NCBI GenBank assembly: GCA_951406725.2
Contig: OX597814.1
Location: forward strand, 72,974,001 to 73,038,000
Direction: 5' to 3'
DNA length: 64,000 nt
From: Octopus vulgaris
Lineage: Eukaryota
Both the position numbers and the translations under genes were made by a program. The first letter of the stretch is position 1. Each line of letters begins with the position of its first letter. The notes under the pieces were generated by a model, which searched no databases, had not been told where the DNA came from, and worked only from the letters and a program-made list of their open reading frames with translations. Shown here piece by piece: positions 53,316 to 64,000 of this stretch.

Positions 53316-55007
53316 TAACACAGCATGAATTTCCTGGGGGAGGAGAGGGCTAAGCTCTTTTTCTGCAGGTACTTGATAACATCACAATGCCAAATTTTGT
53401 CCCTTTTCAAAAGAAGTTGAAACTAGTTACTTTTGAAGTTTTGAGAACTGAAGAATATTGACCCACATCCTGGAAAACATATGTTACTGATAACTTATGA
53501 ATACAATGTAATACACAAATAATTGGCATTTCTTCTATATCTAATAATTTCATATCACCTGATTACAACTGATATTTTCTGTTTCTTTAAATTAATTTTT
53601 TTCTTTCCCACTCCAGGGTCTACCAGAAATTTGGCATCATCTATACAGATGAAGTGATGCCAACGGAATAATTTCTAATGGTATTATGCCAGGAATTTTC
53701 CTCCTTCCATAAACAATTCGTGTAATTATGAGAAATATTGTATGTTATTGATGCTTGAATTAACTATCTACTTTCAATTGAGTTATTGGTCTTACACTTG
53801 TCATTTTCTTTCCTTCTTCTATCTCTTTCTGTTTCTTTTCCATCTCCTATACATTGAATTTAACCCACTTTAAGGCTGTACTTTGTATATGAAGCAATTC
53901 TCTTCAGACTTTAAAAAAATATGAATACTGATTAAAATATTGGTCAGAAACAAAAGTTGAGATAAAAGGTATGCCCTGTATCAAAATGGAAATCTATTTG
54001 TAAAGAACCTTTAAATATACTTCCTGACTCATACTCAATACTAATCTAACTTGAAATCATTTCAGACAAATTTCTACAGCTAAAAGCTTCTTAGGTGGTT
54101 TTGATGGACATATGATGATGATGTATAGTACATCTACATTTGGGTCTTCCACTTAGTGTGTCTTTCTTCAACCTCCATCCCCCATAACTGCTTCCTTAAT
54201 ACCTTACCTCTTTTCCACTCACCTCCTGTCCTATTCACCATACAATGTTATCTGTGCATCTAAAGATCACAGTGAATTTCCCCTATCATCTGAATCACGC
54301 TGCCCATGTTAGCTCTGCCCAATCCTCTCATCTCTCTAATACTCACCTTCTCTCCTATTCTGTAATTTATATCCACCTGTCCTTATCACTACTTCTCTCT
54401 CCCATCAACACACCTATGAGAGAGTAACATCAGACCTGTTCATATCTAATATAGTAATTTTTCCTGTGCAACTAATCATCACCCATTTTTTTTCAAGCAG
54501 CTCATTGTTGACATCTCTGACTTTCTCTGCCATTTCCAGTCTCTGTTACTATTCCTCACTTACTATCTCTTTCTCATATTAGCAAACATGTAGCTGTCAT
54601 CACTGTGTTTCTTCAATTATTCCTTTCTCTTACTTCAATGATTTTGTTTTTCCTATCATGCTCCCCCTTTTACCTACTCACCTTGGTTCTTCTATCACTG
54701 CTTCCTTTTCTGTTCACTCTCGAATGAACAGAGACAGTGTAGAGAATTGGGAACTCTTTAGCATTGTGGAGCCCAAGGTTACTTTACTAGTGCTAACATC
54801 ATGATAAAATAGCACCAGAACATTATGCAAGTTGGTTAATGAGGGGGTAATGACAACATAAACTTAACATGACCCCTTTAGTTTAGCCAAGGACATTATT
54901 TACTCTCTAGTGTCACAATAAAAATGTAGCATATACACACTGTAAAATGTTTGGTGTTTGGAAGGGAATCCCTCTATTAAAACCATGTCAAAAATTATAT
55001 ATACAAA

Positions 55008-55055
55008 CTAGCAGAGATACCTGGCATTGCTCGGGATTAAAATAGCATAGTTTTT
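55008..55055 (-). mobile_element. Helitron 3' terminus fragment
   Basis: Reverse complement CCCGAGCAATGCCAGGTATCTCTGCTAG|T closely matches the 3' end of the Helitron at 1017-1390. Confidence 0.6.
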
Positions 55056-55499
55056 TATTGTTTTACTTGTTTCAGTCATGTGATTGCAGCCATGCTGGGA
55101 CACCGCCTTTACTCGAAGAAATTGACCTCAGGATTTATTCTTTGTAAGCCTAGTACTTATTCTATTGGTTTGTTTTGCCAAACAGCTAAGTTGCCAAACA
55201 CAGCAACATCGGTTGTGAAGTGATGGTGGGGATGTAAACACAGAAACACACACGCACACACACATATGTATATACATGCATACATATATATATATATATA
55301 CACACATACATATATGAATATATATATATACATATATATAAATATATATATATACATAGGCAATGACGAAAGACCAAGATCTCTGGATATATGCTGTGAC
55401 TGCAAAGACCCGGGCTGCTTCCTCCACCAGTTTCACATAGCCCCAGCCCATCCAAAGTACCTGGATTGCAGAACGACCTGCTGGGCTTACCTTGGATTG

Positions 55500-56220
55500 T
55501 AAGGTGACCTGCTGTGCTTGAAAAGGCCTATTGAGTCAAGTACATCAATATCAGTATCAAAACAAATATCAAATGGAAATTGTAGTTATGCGATACCTGT
55601 GCCGGCAGCACATAAAAAGCACCATCCGAACGTGGCCGATGCCAGCGTTGCCTTGACTGGCTTCTGTGCCGGTGCACATGACCTGCTGTGCTTGAGGAGA
55701 CCTATTGAGTCAAGTACATCAACATCAAAATAAATATCAAATGGAAATTGTAGTTGTGATACCTGTGCTGGTGGCACATAAAAAGCACCATCCAAACGTG
55801 GACAATGCCAGCGCCGCCTTGACTGGCTTCTGTGCTGGTGGCATGTAAAAAGCACCATCCGAACGTGGCCGATGCCAGCGCCGCCTTCACCGGCTTCCGT
55901 GCTGGTGGCACGTATAAAGCACCATCCGAACGTGGCTGATGCCAACGCCACCTTGACTGGCTTCTGTGCCGGTGGCATGTAAAAAGCAACAATCCGATCA
56001 TGACCGCTGCCAGCCTCCCCTGGCACCTGTGCCAGTGGCACATAAAAAGCACCCACTACACTCACGGAGTGGTTGGCATTAGGAAGGGTATCCAGCTGTA
56101 GAAACACTGCCAGATCAGACTGCAGCCTGGTGCAGCCTCCTGGCTTCCCAGACCCCGGTCGAACCGTCCAACCTGTGCTAGCACGGAAAAAGGACGTTAA
56201 ACGATGATGATGATGATGAT
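55500..56220 (+). mobile_element. RTE 3' UTR with an internal duplication and ~60 bp tandem units
   Basis: GACCTGCTGTGCTTGA...GATACCTGTGC occurs twice (~55506 and ~55680). Repeated GTGGCA..TAAAAAGCACCATCCGAACGTGG units and a (GAT)n tail. Confidence 0.88.
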
Positions 56221-56284
56221 ATATATACATATATTTATACACACACTTATACATAAACATGTATATACATATGTATAAATAAAC

Positions 56285-56331
<47 letters not shown>

Positions 56332-56332
<1 letters not shown>

Positions 56333-57940
56333 TAGCATTATGACCCGTCATTGCCGGGTCTAGTGCTAGTGCATGTATATATGCGTATATATATGTGTAC
56401 ATATTACATGTACATCTATATATATACATCTACACATAAAATACAAAATACAAAGTTATACCTTGATACAGCTAGTGATAACAATACTCAAAATATATAA
56501 CAGACTGGAATTGTAGGCCCGTCTCTTGCAATTTCGATCAATTGTATCTTGTCCTCCCTCTTGTATAGAAGTGTGGCTACAATCCAGCCTACCTCTGCTT
56601 CTGGGGGGACATTTAAAATTTTTATCCGGGACGTCCTACGTCCCAGATATAAAGGTAAAAATGAAATATTTCCACTTTGCAAGGTTCGAGTCGAGTACTC
56701 CCTTGCACGCTCCGTTGACTCAAACCTTGCTTCTATTGTGGCGAATTTACCGCCTCTGGTTAGATACTTGATATCTTTCATAGTCGCACCAAGACACTTT
56801 TTGATGGTGCTTTCCTTCAGGTGTTCAAATCTTTTTTTCTCTACATTGTATACTTTATAGACAATAGTCTTTTCTTTAATTTAATTTTTTATTTCGTTTG
56901 GTGGTGTTATCCTAGATTCACCATCTTTGTCGGTGATCAATCCAAAATAGGTTGGCATTTCTTCCATTTTAATTTTAATGAGTTCGCACCCGCCGACGGC
57001 TGCAGCAAAATTCATTTTTGGACTTTCTTCTATTGAAGGCATTTTAATAAAAATGCTTCCGTGTAAACGGTAAAAATATTGTCAATTTCCCCAAACAGGG
57101 ACACAATTCAATTTTTAAACAATAACCAAAGCTCCTTCTCCCAAAGGAGGAGGGTTATAGTTTACAATTATTTAACAAATGCAACACAACAACGTTTCCC
57201 TTACGAGGAACCAACAAACGTGATAACAATAGATAAACAGTAATAATAATAACAACAAACCTTACGGTGAATCAAAAAGCAGTACGCAGTTGAAGCTATA
57301 GTCCTTTATGTATAAGAGATAAACCAACAGCAATACTCAGTAGGAGCAGCTGTTCGAGAAAACAGACATTACATACAGCCAAACTTCATATAGATACTTA
57401 ATGCTAGCTAATTAGCAGATAATCTAATGTAAAAGCTGTGGTAAACGGTACATGCACAGCTCCATCTGGACTATTCCATTTCTGCACGCTAATTTTATTT
57501 TTAATTTATTCCCATTCATGTGAAACCACTTATTCAAGTTCAAGTCATTGATGCAATTTTATACCAATTGCTATTTTTACTTTTAATTGTTATGTTACGA
57601 TTTAATTATTATATTATACTTTAGTTTGATTTTAATAATTACTTACTACATATAATTTAATTGTTATTATTATCTCTAATTTTTATTGTTAAAGTGAAAG
57701 TATCTGACATAAAATAGAGAAATGTTTTTGTTTCACTTTTAACACATAATACTGAAATAGTGGAGAAGATATGATATTGCTATGGGCTCGCCCTAAGGGA
57801 GAAGTTGAACATTTTTTTGCCCATGAAACTACATGGACCCTAAGTAAGGCATGTGTAAAATTTGAATGAAATTGGTTGTGTAGTTCTCAAGTTTTAGGGA
57901 AACACACAGACAGACATTCTTAGTTTTATATATATAGAGA
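56332..57940 (-). mobile_element. Non-autonomous Helitron (~1.6 kb) with LINE-derived cargo
   Basis: Minus strand starts A|TCTCTATATATATAAAAC...TGTCTGTCTGTGTG, similar to the 1017 element. It ends with hairpin GACCCGGCAATGACGGGTC followed by ATAATGCTAG|T. Confidence 0.75.
56515..57042 (-). pseudogene. N-terminal part of a Tx1-like ORF1 (diverged relative of ORF1 at 18145)
   Basis: MPSIEESPKMNFAAAV...KDGE...KTIVYKVY...YLTRGGKFATIEARF...FLPLYLGRRTSRIKILNVPPEAEVGWIVATLLY aligns with FASAA...KDGN...KTITYRVF...YITKGKRFGTVEVRF...IPTHLGRRVTKIKIDLVPPELDMSWLVAAVLY. One in-frame stop. Confidence 0.85.
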
Positions 57941-57956
57941 TACATGTATATATATA

Positions 57957-57986
<30 letters not shown>

Positions 57987-57987
<1 letters not shown>

Positions 57988-60625
57988 CATCATCATCATC
58001 ATCATCATTTAGCATCCGCTTTCCATGCTAGCATGGATTAGACGGTTCAACTGGGGTCTGTGAAGCCAGAAGGCTGCATCAGGCCCAGTCTGATCTGGCA
58101 GTGTTTCTACGGCTGGATGCCCTTCCTAACACCAACCACTCTGTGAGTGTAGTGGGTGCTTTTTACGTGCCACCCGCACAGGTGCCAGACGGAGCTGGCA
58201 AACGGCCACTGAGTGTAGTGGGTGCTTTTTACGTGCCACCGGCACGGGGGCCAGGCGAGGCTGGTAACGGCCACGATCGGATGGTGCTTTTACGTGCCAC
58301 CGGCACGGGGGCCAGACGAGGCTGGCAACGGCCACAAACAGATGGTGCTTTTACGTGCCACCTGCACGGGGGCCAGACGAGGCTGGCAACGGCGACGAAC
58401 GGATGGTGCTATGTGCCACTTGCACGGGGGCCAGGCGAGGCTGGCAACGGACACGAACGGATGGTGCTTTTATGTGCCACCGGCACAGAGGCCAGTTGGG
58501 GCGGCGCTGTCAACGGCCATGATCGGATTGTTCGCTTACTTGTCACTGGCACTGGTACCACAGCTGCAATTTCCATTGATGTTGATCGACTTTGATTTTG
58601 GTTCTGCTTTCTGATATCGGATTTGATTTGGTTTGATTTTGATTTTCACTTGCCTCAACAGGTCTTCACAAGTGGAGTTTTGTGTCCCAAGAAGGAAAGG
58701 TATGTAGGCCACAGGTTATGGTCTCACTAGTCTTGCCGGGTCTTCTCACGCACAGCATGCTTCCATAGGTCTTGGTCTCTAGTCATTTCCTTAGTGAGAC
58801 CTAAAGTTCGAAGTTCGTGCTTCACCACCTCGTCCCAGGTTTTCCTGGGTCTACCTCTTCCACAGGTTCCCTCAACTGCTAGTGTGTGACACTTTTGCAC
58901 ACAACTATCTTCAGCCATTCTCGTCACATGACCATACCAGTGCAAACGTCTCTCTTGCACACCACAACTGATGCTTCTTAGGTGCAACTTTTCTCTCAAG
59001 GTACTTACACTCTGTTGATTATGAACACTGACATTACATATCCATCGGAGCATACTGGCTTCATTTCTTGCGAGCTTACGCATATTCTCAGCAATCACAG
59101 CCCATGTTTCACTGCCATGTAGCATGGCTGTACATACACATGCATCATACAGTCTGCCTTTTACTCTGAGTGAGAGGCCTTTTGTCACCAGCAGGGGTAG
59201 GAGCTCTCTAAACTTTGCCCAGGCTATTCTTACTCTAGCAGTTACACTTTCAGCACACCCACCCCCGCTACTGACTTGGTCACCTAGGTAGCGGAAGCTA
59301 TCAACTACTTCTAGTTTTTCTCCCTGGAACGTGGTAGAAGTTGGTCTCTGCACATTTTCAGTGTTTATTGCTCCTGAGCAGCTGCTACAGATAAAAACTA
59401 TTTTCCTAGTTAGCCTTCCTTTGACATTGCTACACCTCTTATGTGTCCATAGCTTACACTTGGTGCACCTTATAGAGTTTCTACCTACGCCTTTTTTACA
59501 GATCGAGCAGGGCCATCTACCTGAAGGCGTTTGTGATTGGTCTACCTTCCTACTTATTAGGACTTTGGTTTTGGCTAGGTTGATTCTAAGGCCCTTCGAT
59601 TTTAAACCTTGCTTCCACACCTGAAACTTATCAGGGGCTTATCTTTGGCTAGGTATTTCTCCTGCAGCTGTCTTACCAGGAATATAGCATTAGTAGTACT
59701 TTTCCCTGGCACGAACCCAAACTGCATCTCATCTAAGCTAACTCTCTCTCTAATTAGTTGGGCTATTACCCTCTCCGTGACCTTCATTACCTGATCCAGC
59801 AGCTTGATACCCCTGTAGTTATTTGTATCTAGAGTGTCTCCTTTACCTTTGTAGCAGTTGACTATTATGCTGCTACACCAGTCATTGGGTATGACTCCTT
59901 CGTGTATCACCTGGTTAACTATACGGGTGACTAGGCTATAGCCAACACTACCAGATATTTTGAGCATCTCTGCAGTAATTCCTGATGGGCCACGGGCTTT
60001 CCCTGTTTTCATGCTTGTAATTGCCTTAACTACTAAGGAACTATCAACTCGGATAGCTGGTCTCTCTGTTGGGTCGACATTCGGCAGACTCTCTTTATCC
60101 CATTCATTTTCCTCATTCAGCAACCTTTCATAGTGGCGTCTCCAAACCTCTCTCTTTGCATCCTCATTTAGCACAAGTGAACCGTCGTCCTTGCGAACAC
60201 ATTTCTCTCCTACCACGTCATGATTCTCTCTCACACACTGTCTTGCAACACGAAATACCTCAAGTCTTTCATCCTCACGGCGCAGAACATTGGCAAATTT
60301 TTTCTTATCTGCTTCCCCTCTGGCTAAATACACCTGTCTCCTAGCTTCCCTTCTGGCAGTCTGATACACTTCCCTGCTACCACCATTCTTCCAGTCCTTC
60401 CAAGCCTGTTTCTTTTGTCTAATAGCCCTGTCAACAATATTGTTCCACCACCACGTTATTTTGGGTCTTGAGGGGACTTTGCACCAGCCACAGATCTGGT
60501 CAGTGTCTCAGCAGGTTGTCCCTTAGAAGCGTCCAGTTATCTTCTACCCCATGTGTAGCTATACCCCCTTCTATTTTGTCAAAGGCTTCAAGTAACATGT
60601 CTCTAAATCTCTGTCCATTTGCAGA
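57987..60625 (-). mobile_element. RTE-clade LINE, 5'-truncated, RT core deleted
   Basis: ORFs 59602-60369 (MKTGKA.GPSGI, NYRGIKLL, QFGFVPG) and 58727-59620 (PHD-like region, FRYLG, HGSETW, RGRPRKTW). The KAFD...YADD segment is missing at ~59632. 3' UTR with ~58 bp tandem units and (GAT)n. Confidence 0.94.
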
Positions 60626-60899
60626 GTGTTGCTGCTACTGTTTATAACTCGCTCTGAGATTTATCATTGTTTGATTACACTTTTTCAATATCAGTGTCAA
60701 TCGATACTGGAAAAAGTATATGTATTTTTGAAGGGAACCTACTTCTTGTCGACAACTGTGATTGTCACACGCCGATGACAGGTCAATACTCTGAAACTCG
60801 AGTCCGTGTGTATCATAAGTGGAAGACGGGAAGGATGGCTTCCCTTTGCAAATACTGATAGGGCACAGAAAGTGTGTCTATAGTCAGCTGGAGGAGGTG

Positions 60900-61233
60900 T
60901 CCTCCTGGAGCAACCTTTCATAGTGGCATCTCCAAACCTCTCTCTTTGCAGCCTCATTTAGTGCAGGAGAACCATCATCCATGTAGACACATTTCACTCC
61001 TACAACATCACGATACTCTCTCACACACTGTCTTGCAACACGAAATACCTCAAGTCTTTGGTCCTCACAGTGCAGAACATTTTTTCTTACCTGCTTCCCC
61101 TCTGGCTAAATAAACCTGTCTCTTAGTCTTCTTTCTGGCAGTCTGATACAATTCCCTGCTATAACCCTTCTTCCAGTCCTTCCAAGCCTGTTTCTTTTCT
61201 CTAATAGCCCTGTCAACAACATTGTTCCACCAC
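60900..61233 (-). mobile_element. RTE internal fragment (paralogous to ~60120-60455)
   Basis: Same WWNNVVDRAIREKKQAWKDWK...LEVFRVARQCVRE segment, more diverged. Confidence 0.85.
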
Positions 61234-61314
61234 TACATATATATAAAACTTATACTTTTAACCTACTATTATGAATCAAGAAATGTAGACAAGTCAAAAA
61301 GAGAGACTCTAGAT

Positions 61315-61910
61315 TGGTGTTTCTCAACCATTTTTTGCCTATGGATCTTTCTGATTCCTATTTAACTCTACTAGATCCTGATACCCATTCAATTTAAAAA
61401 AAAAAAATTCAGTTATATTTTTCTAGTTAAATATTATAAGGAATTGTATTTAAAATTTTGAAATAGTTTGTGTATTGTAGAAATATAACCAATTTACTGT
61501 ATTCTTTTACTCTTCTACTTGCTTCAGTCATTTGACAGCAGCCTTGCTGGAGCACTGCTTTTAGTCATACAAATTGACCCCAGGACTTATTTTTTGTAAG
61601 CTTAGTACTTATTCTATTGGTTTCTTTTGCCAAACCGCTAAGTTACAGGGATGTAAATACACCAACATCAGTTATCAAGCGATGGGGGAGAGGAAAAGCA
61701 CAGACACATACATATATGTACAATGGGCTTTTTTCAGTTTCTGCCTACCAGATCCACTCACAAGGCTTTGGTCAGCCCGAAGCTATAGTAGAAGACACTT
61801 GCCCAAGGTGCCATGCTGTGGGACTGAACCCGGAATCATGAGATAAACTTCAATAACAAAATCTTAAATAGACCCCCATGAGTCAAGTGGACCCTGGTTG
61901 AGAACCATTG
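61315..61910. mobile_element. hAT (Charlie-like) MITE with a nested SINE
   Basis: TIRs TGGTGTTTCTCAACC / GGTTGAGAACCATTG; 8 bp TSD CTCTAGAT at 61307-61314 and 61911-61918. Confidence 0.8.
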
Positions 61911-61918
61911 CTCTAGAT

Positions 61919-62093
61919 CAGTGCTCCACAGCCTGTTTTTCACATATATTCTTTTCAAAATCTGGTGGCACACCTGAAGTAAAAGTATAATTGAAAGTAT
62001 AGGGGAAAAATTATATTCAGGTTACACTGCAGCACACCTAGTATCATCATGTGGGACACCAGCGTGCTGTGGCATACCAGTTGCAGAGCACTT
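61919..62093. mobile_element. Second hAT MITE (different family)
   Basis: TIRs CAGTGCTCCACAGCCTG / CAGTTGCAGAGCACTT; flanked by CTCTAGAT at 61911-61918 and 62094-62101. Confidence 0.75.
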
Positions 62094-62740
62094 CTCTAGA
62101 TGGTCTTTCAAGCTGATACACATATCAGCCTAATGTCTTCAAAAGAGAAGGATAAAGTAGAAAACATAATCTGAAATACTCAATGATTGAGTAATGTAAA
62201 GTACAGTATGAGTGTGTTTAGGACACCTCTGATAATAGGTCTGCTCAGTCAAAACTGATTGAAAGCTCAACAACAACAACAAATCTATCCAAGTGCTGAG
62301 ATAATATGAAACTGCTTACTTTAACTTCAGTCATAATTTCAATACCCAGCTCTAATTATACCAATTATCATTTACATTTATTTTTCCGTGTTTTCATTGG
62401 ATAATTTTCAAGTTTTATATTATTTATATACTTGAAATGTTAGAAATATAATCTTTGTCACATGATGCTCTACTTATAATAAACCTCTGAGATGATGGCG
62501 ATGTCTTGCTTTTACTAGACAAGTTGAAATATTTATAATAAAGTACCTTGCATAAAAACAACAAAATAACTACAATAAGAAATGAACTAATGATTTTGTG
62601 ATAAGTAAAATATCGGCCTAACCTCACAACTACACACTAATTCAAAAGGTATTTGTATAATAACTCTTGATTACCAACCTGTCCAACACTGCCCCTGATT
62701 TTGTGATGCAAACTTCCTGTTTTAAAGCAATCTAAATTAA

Positions 62741-62978
62741 CCCTTTAGCATTTAAACCAGCCACATCCAGCCAAATGATTCCCCATGTTTTGTGTTCAAT
62801 CTGGCCAGATCTGGCCTCTCCCATCTACCCTATAATATCATTTTAAACATGAACAATCACATCATCAAAATCTCAAAACAGCAACATAATGCTTAATTCA
62901 AAACAAATGCTTGATTAATTCAGAACTATATGAATTAATAAGTATTACATTTGGCAGAATAATCTGAATACTAAAGGG
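62741..62978. mobile_element. piggyBac-like MITE
   Basis: TTAA|CCCTTTAGCATT...AATACTAAAGGG|TTAA. Confidence 0.85.
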
Positions 62979-63076
62979 TTAAAACTTTCCATTAAAATGA
63001 CATGCTGAGTTCCAAACACTAAATTAATAATGTCAAAGTTATTTTACTAAATTCATTATTTTCAAAATTAATTTAA

Positions 63077-63285
63077 CCCTTTAGCATTCAAACTGGCCAT
63101 ATCTGGCCTATATATTCTACCAGTTTTATACTCAAACCAGCCAGATCTGGTCTCTCACACTTACTCTACAATGTCATTCTAAAAATATCCAATCACATCA
63201 TCAAAATTCTGAAGCTATCAGATAATGTATAATTAAAAGCAATGTGAATAAATACATTTGACAGAGTAATCTGAATGCTAAAGGG
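63077..63285. mobile_element. piggyBac-like MITE (same family)
   Basis: TTAA|CCCTTTAGCATTC...GAATGCTAAAGGG|TTAA. Confidence 0.85.
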
Positions 63286-64000
63286 TTAAGCATATTTCAA
63301 CAGAAATTAGTAACAAAAGAGTGGACTAACTATTCTTAGCTCCTACCAAAAAGTGACAAAGCTTTGAGTACCGTTCCTTTCATATTAAATTATCCAGAGA
63401 AAAATGTGCTACATGTTTTTATAGAGTATTTAAGGCTTCAAAATCACAAAGATTGAAACATGCCTTATAAGCAGAAATAAGCAAAACTGTGATGTGGTTT
63501 CTGCCTATCAAATCCTTACCAATCATTATAATTACAATGGCAAAATTCTAATTGTTTAACAAAGCTTTACACAGGACTACATTACTTTTTGTAAATATAA
63601 TCTGAAAGCTGCATGGCTTAACTCATCCAATGACTAGAAATTTTAATTCAATTCCCAACTTCACAAGTGTAGAAACAGGATATGAACACAGCTGTAAAAA
63701 TAACCACTTACTAAAATAAATAACAACAATTAAAACAACAATGTCACTCAAAACTTACATTTGCAAGTAGCAAACACTAATTTACAGCTCCATAGATTTA
63801 CAAATATGTGTTCAGAGTTTTAACGTCATCTTTTAAATAACTGATAATGTCACAAACCTACTTTTGTAATTCTGATCATGCATCACACAGGACACCATGA
63901 AATGTATTACAGCATATCAAGTTTGCAACTGTTTGCTTACTTCACTCATCCACTTTGAGGCAAGCAAACTGACAAAATACACACTCATTTTCTTTTAAAA

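Noticed and set aside
53330-53980. Minus-strand coding-looking stretch after a possible acceptor at ~53976
   Set aside because: The frames I checked are interrupted by stops and have no recognisable motif.
55600-58520. Regular ~60 bp repeats that look CRISPR-like
   Set aside because: The inter-motif sequences are homologous rather than unique spacers, they lie in RTE 3' UTRs, the context is eukaryotic, and there are no cas genes.
62424-62627. Minus-strand 67 aa ORF with a hydrophobic stretch
   Set aside because: No recognisable family and no partner exons found; could be chance in AT-rich DNA.

Overview
AT-rich, repeat-dense eukaryotic DNA. The repeat families suggest an octopus or other cephalopod (inference). 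The only host gene I can support is the 3' half of a plus-strand coiled-coil gene resembling LRRC45: seven phase-compatible GT-AG exons from 11755 to the stop at 44154, none present in the ORF track. The rest is mostly mobile DNA and simple repeats: two Penelope-like elements (PLEs) with inverted pLTRs and hammerhead ribozymes plus two PLE fragments, two tandem ~5.8 kb Tx1/L1-like LINEs in (ATT)n, many RTE LINE pieces, CR1-like and R4-like fragments, four Tc1/mariner relics, non-autonomous Helitrons, hAT and piggyBac MITEs, SINEs, and long (TA)n/(CA)n tracts. The most interesting signals are: (1) an in-register T_TTT_TTA -1 slippery site joining an upstream ORF to the ATG-less RT-GIY-YIG frame of a near-intact PLE; (2) hammerhead variants (G3:C8 covariant, U3 core, one erased only in the inverted copy); (3) a tRNA-like Pol III head fused to a hammerhead beside a PLE fragment; (4) a Helitron carrying the 5' end of a Tx1-like ORF1; (5) two tandem LINEs that share lesions but have divergent ORF1 N-halves. 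All alignments were done by eye, and boundaries of degenerate repeats are approximate.
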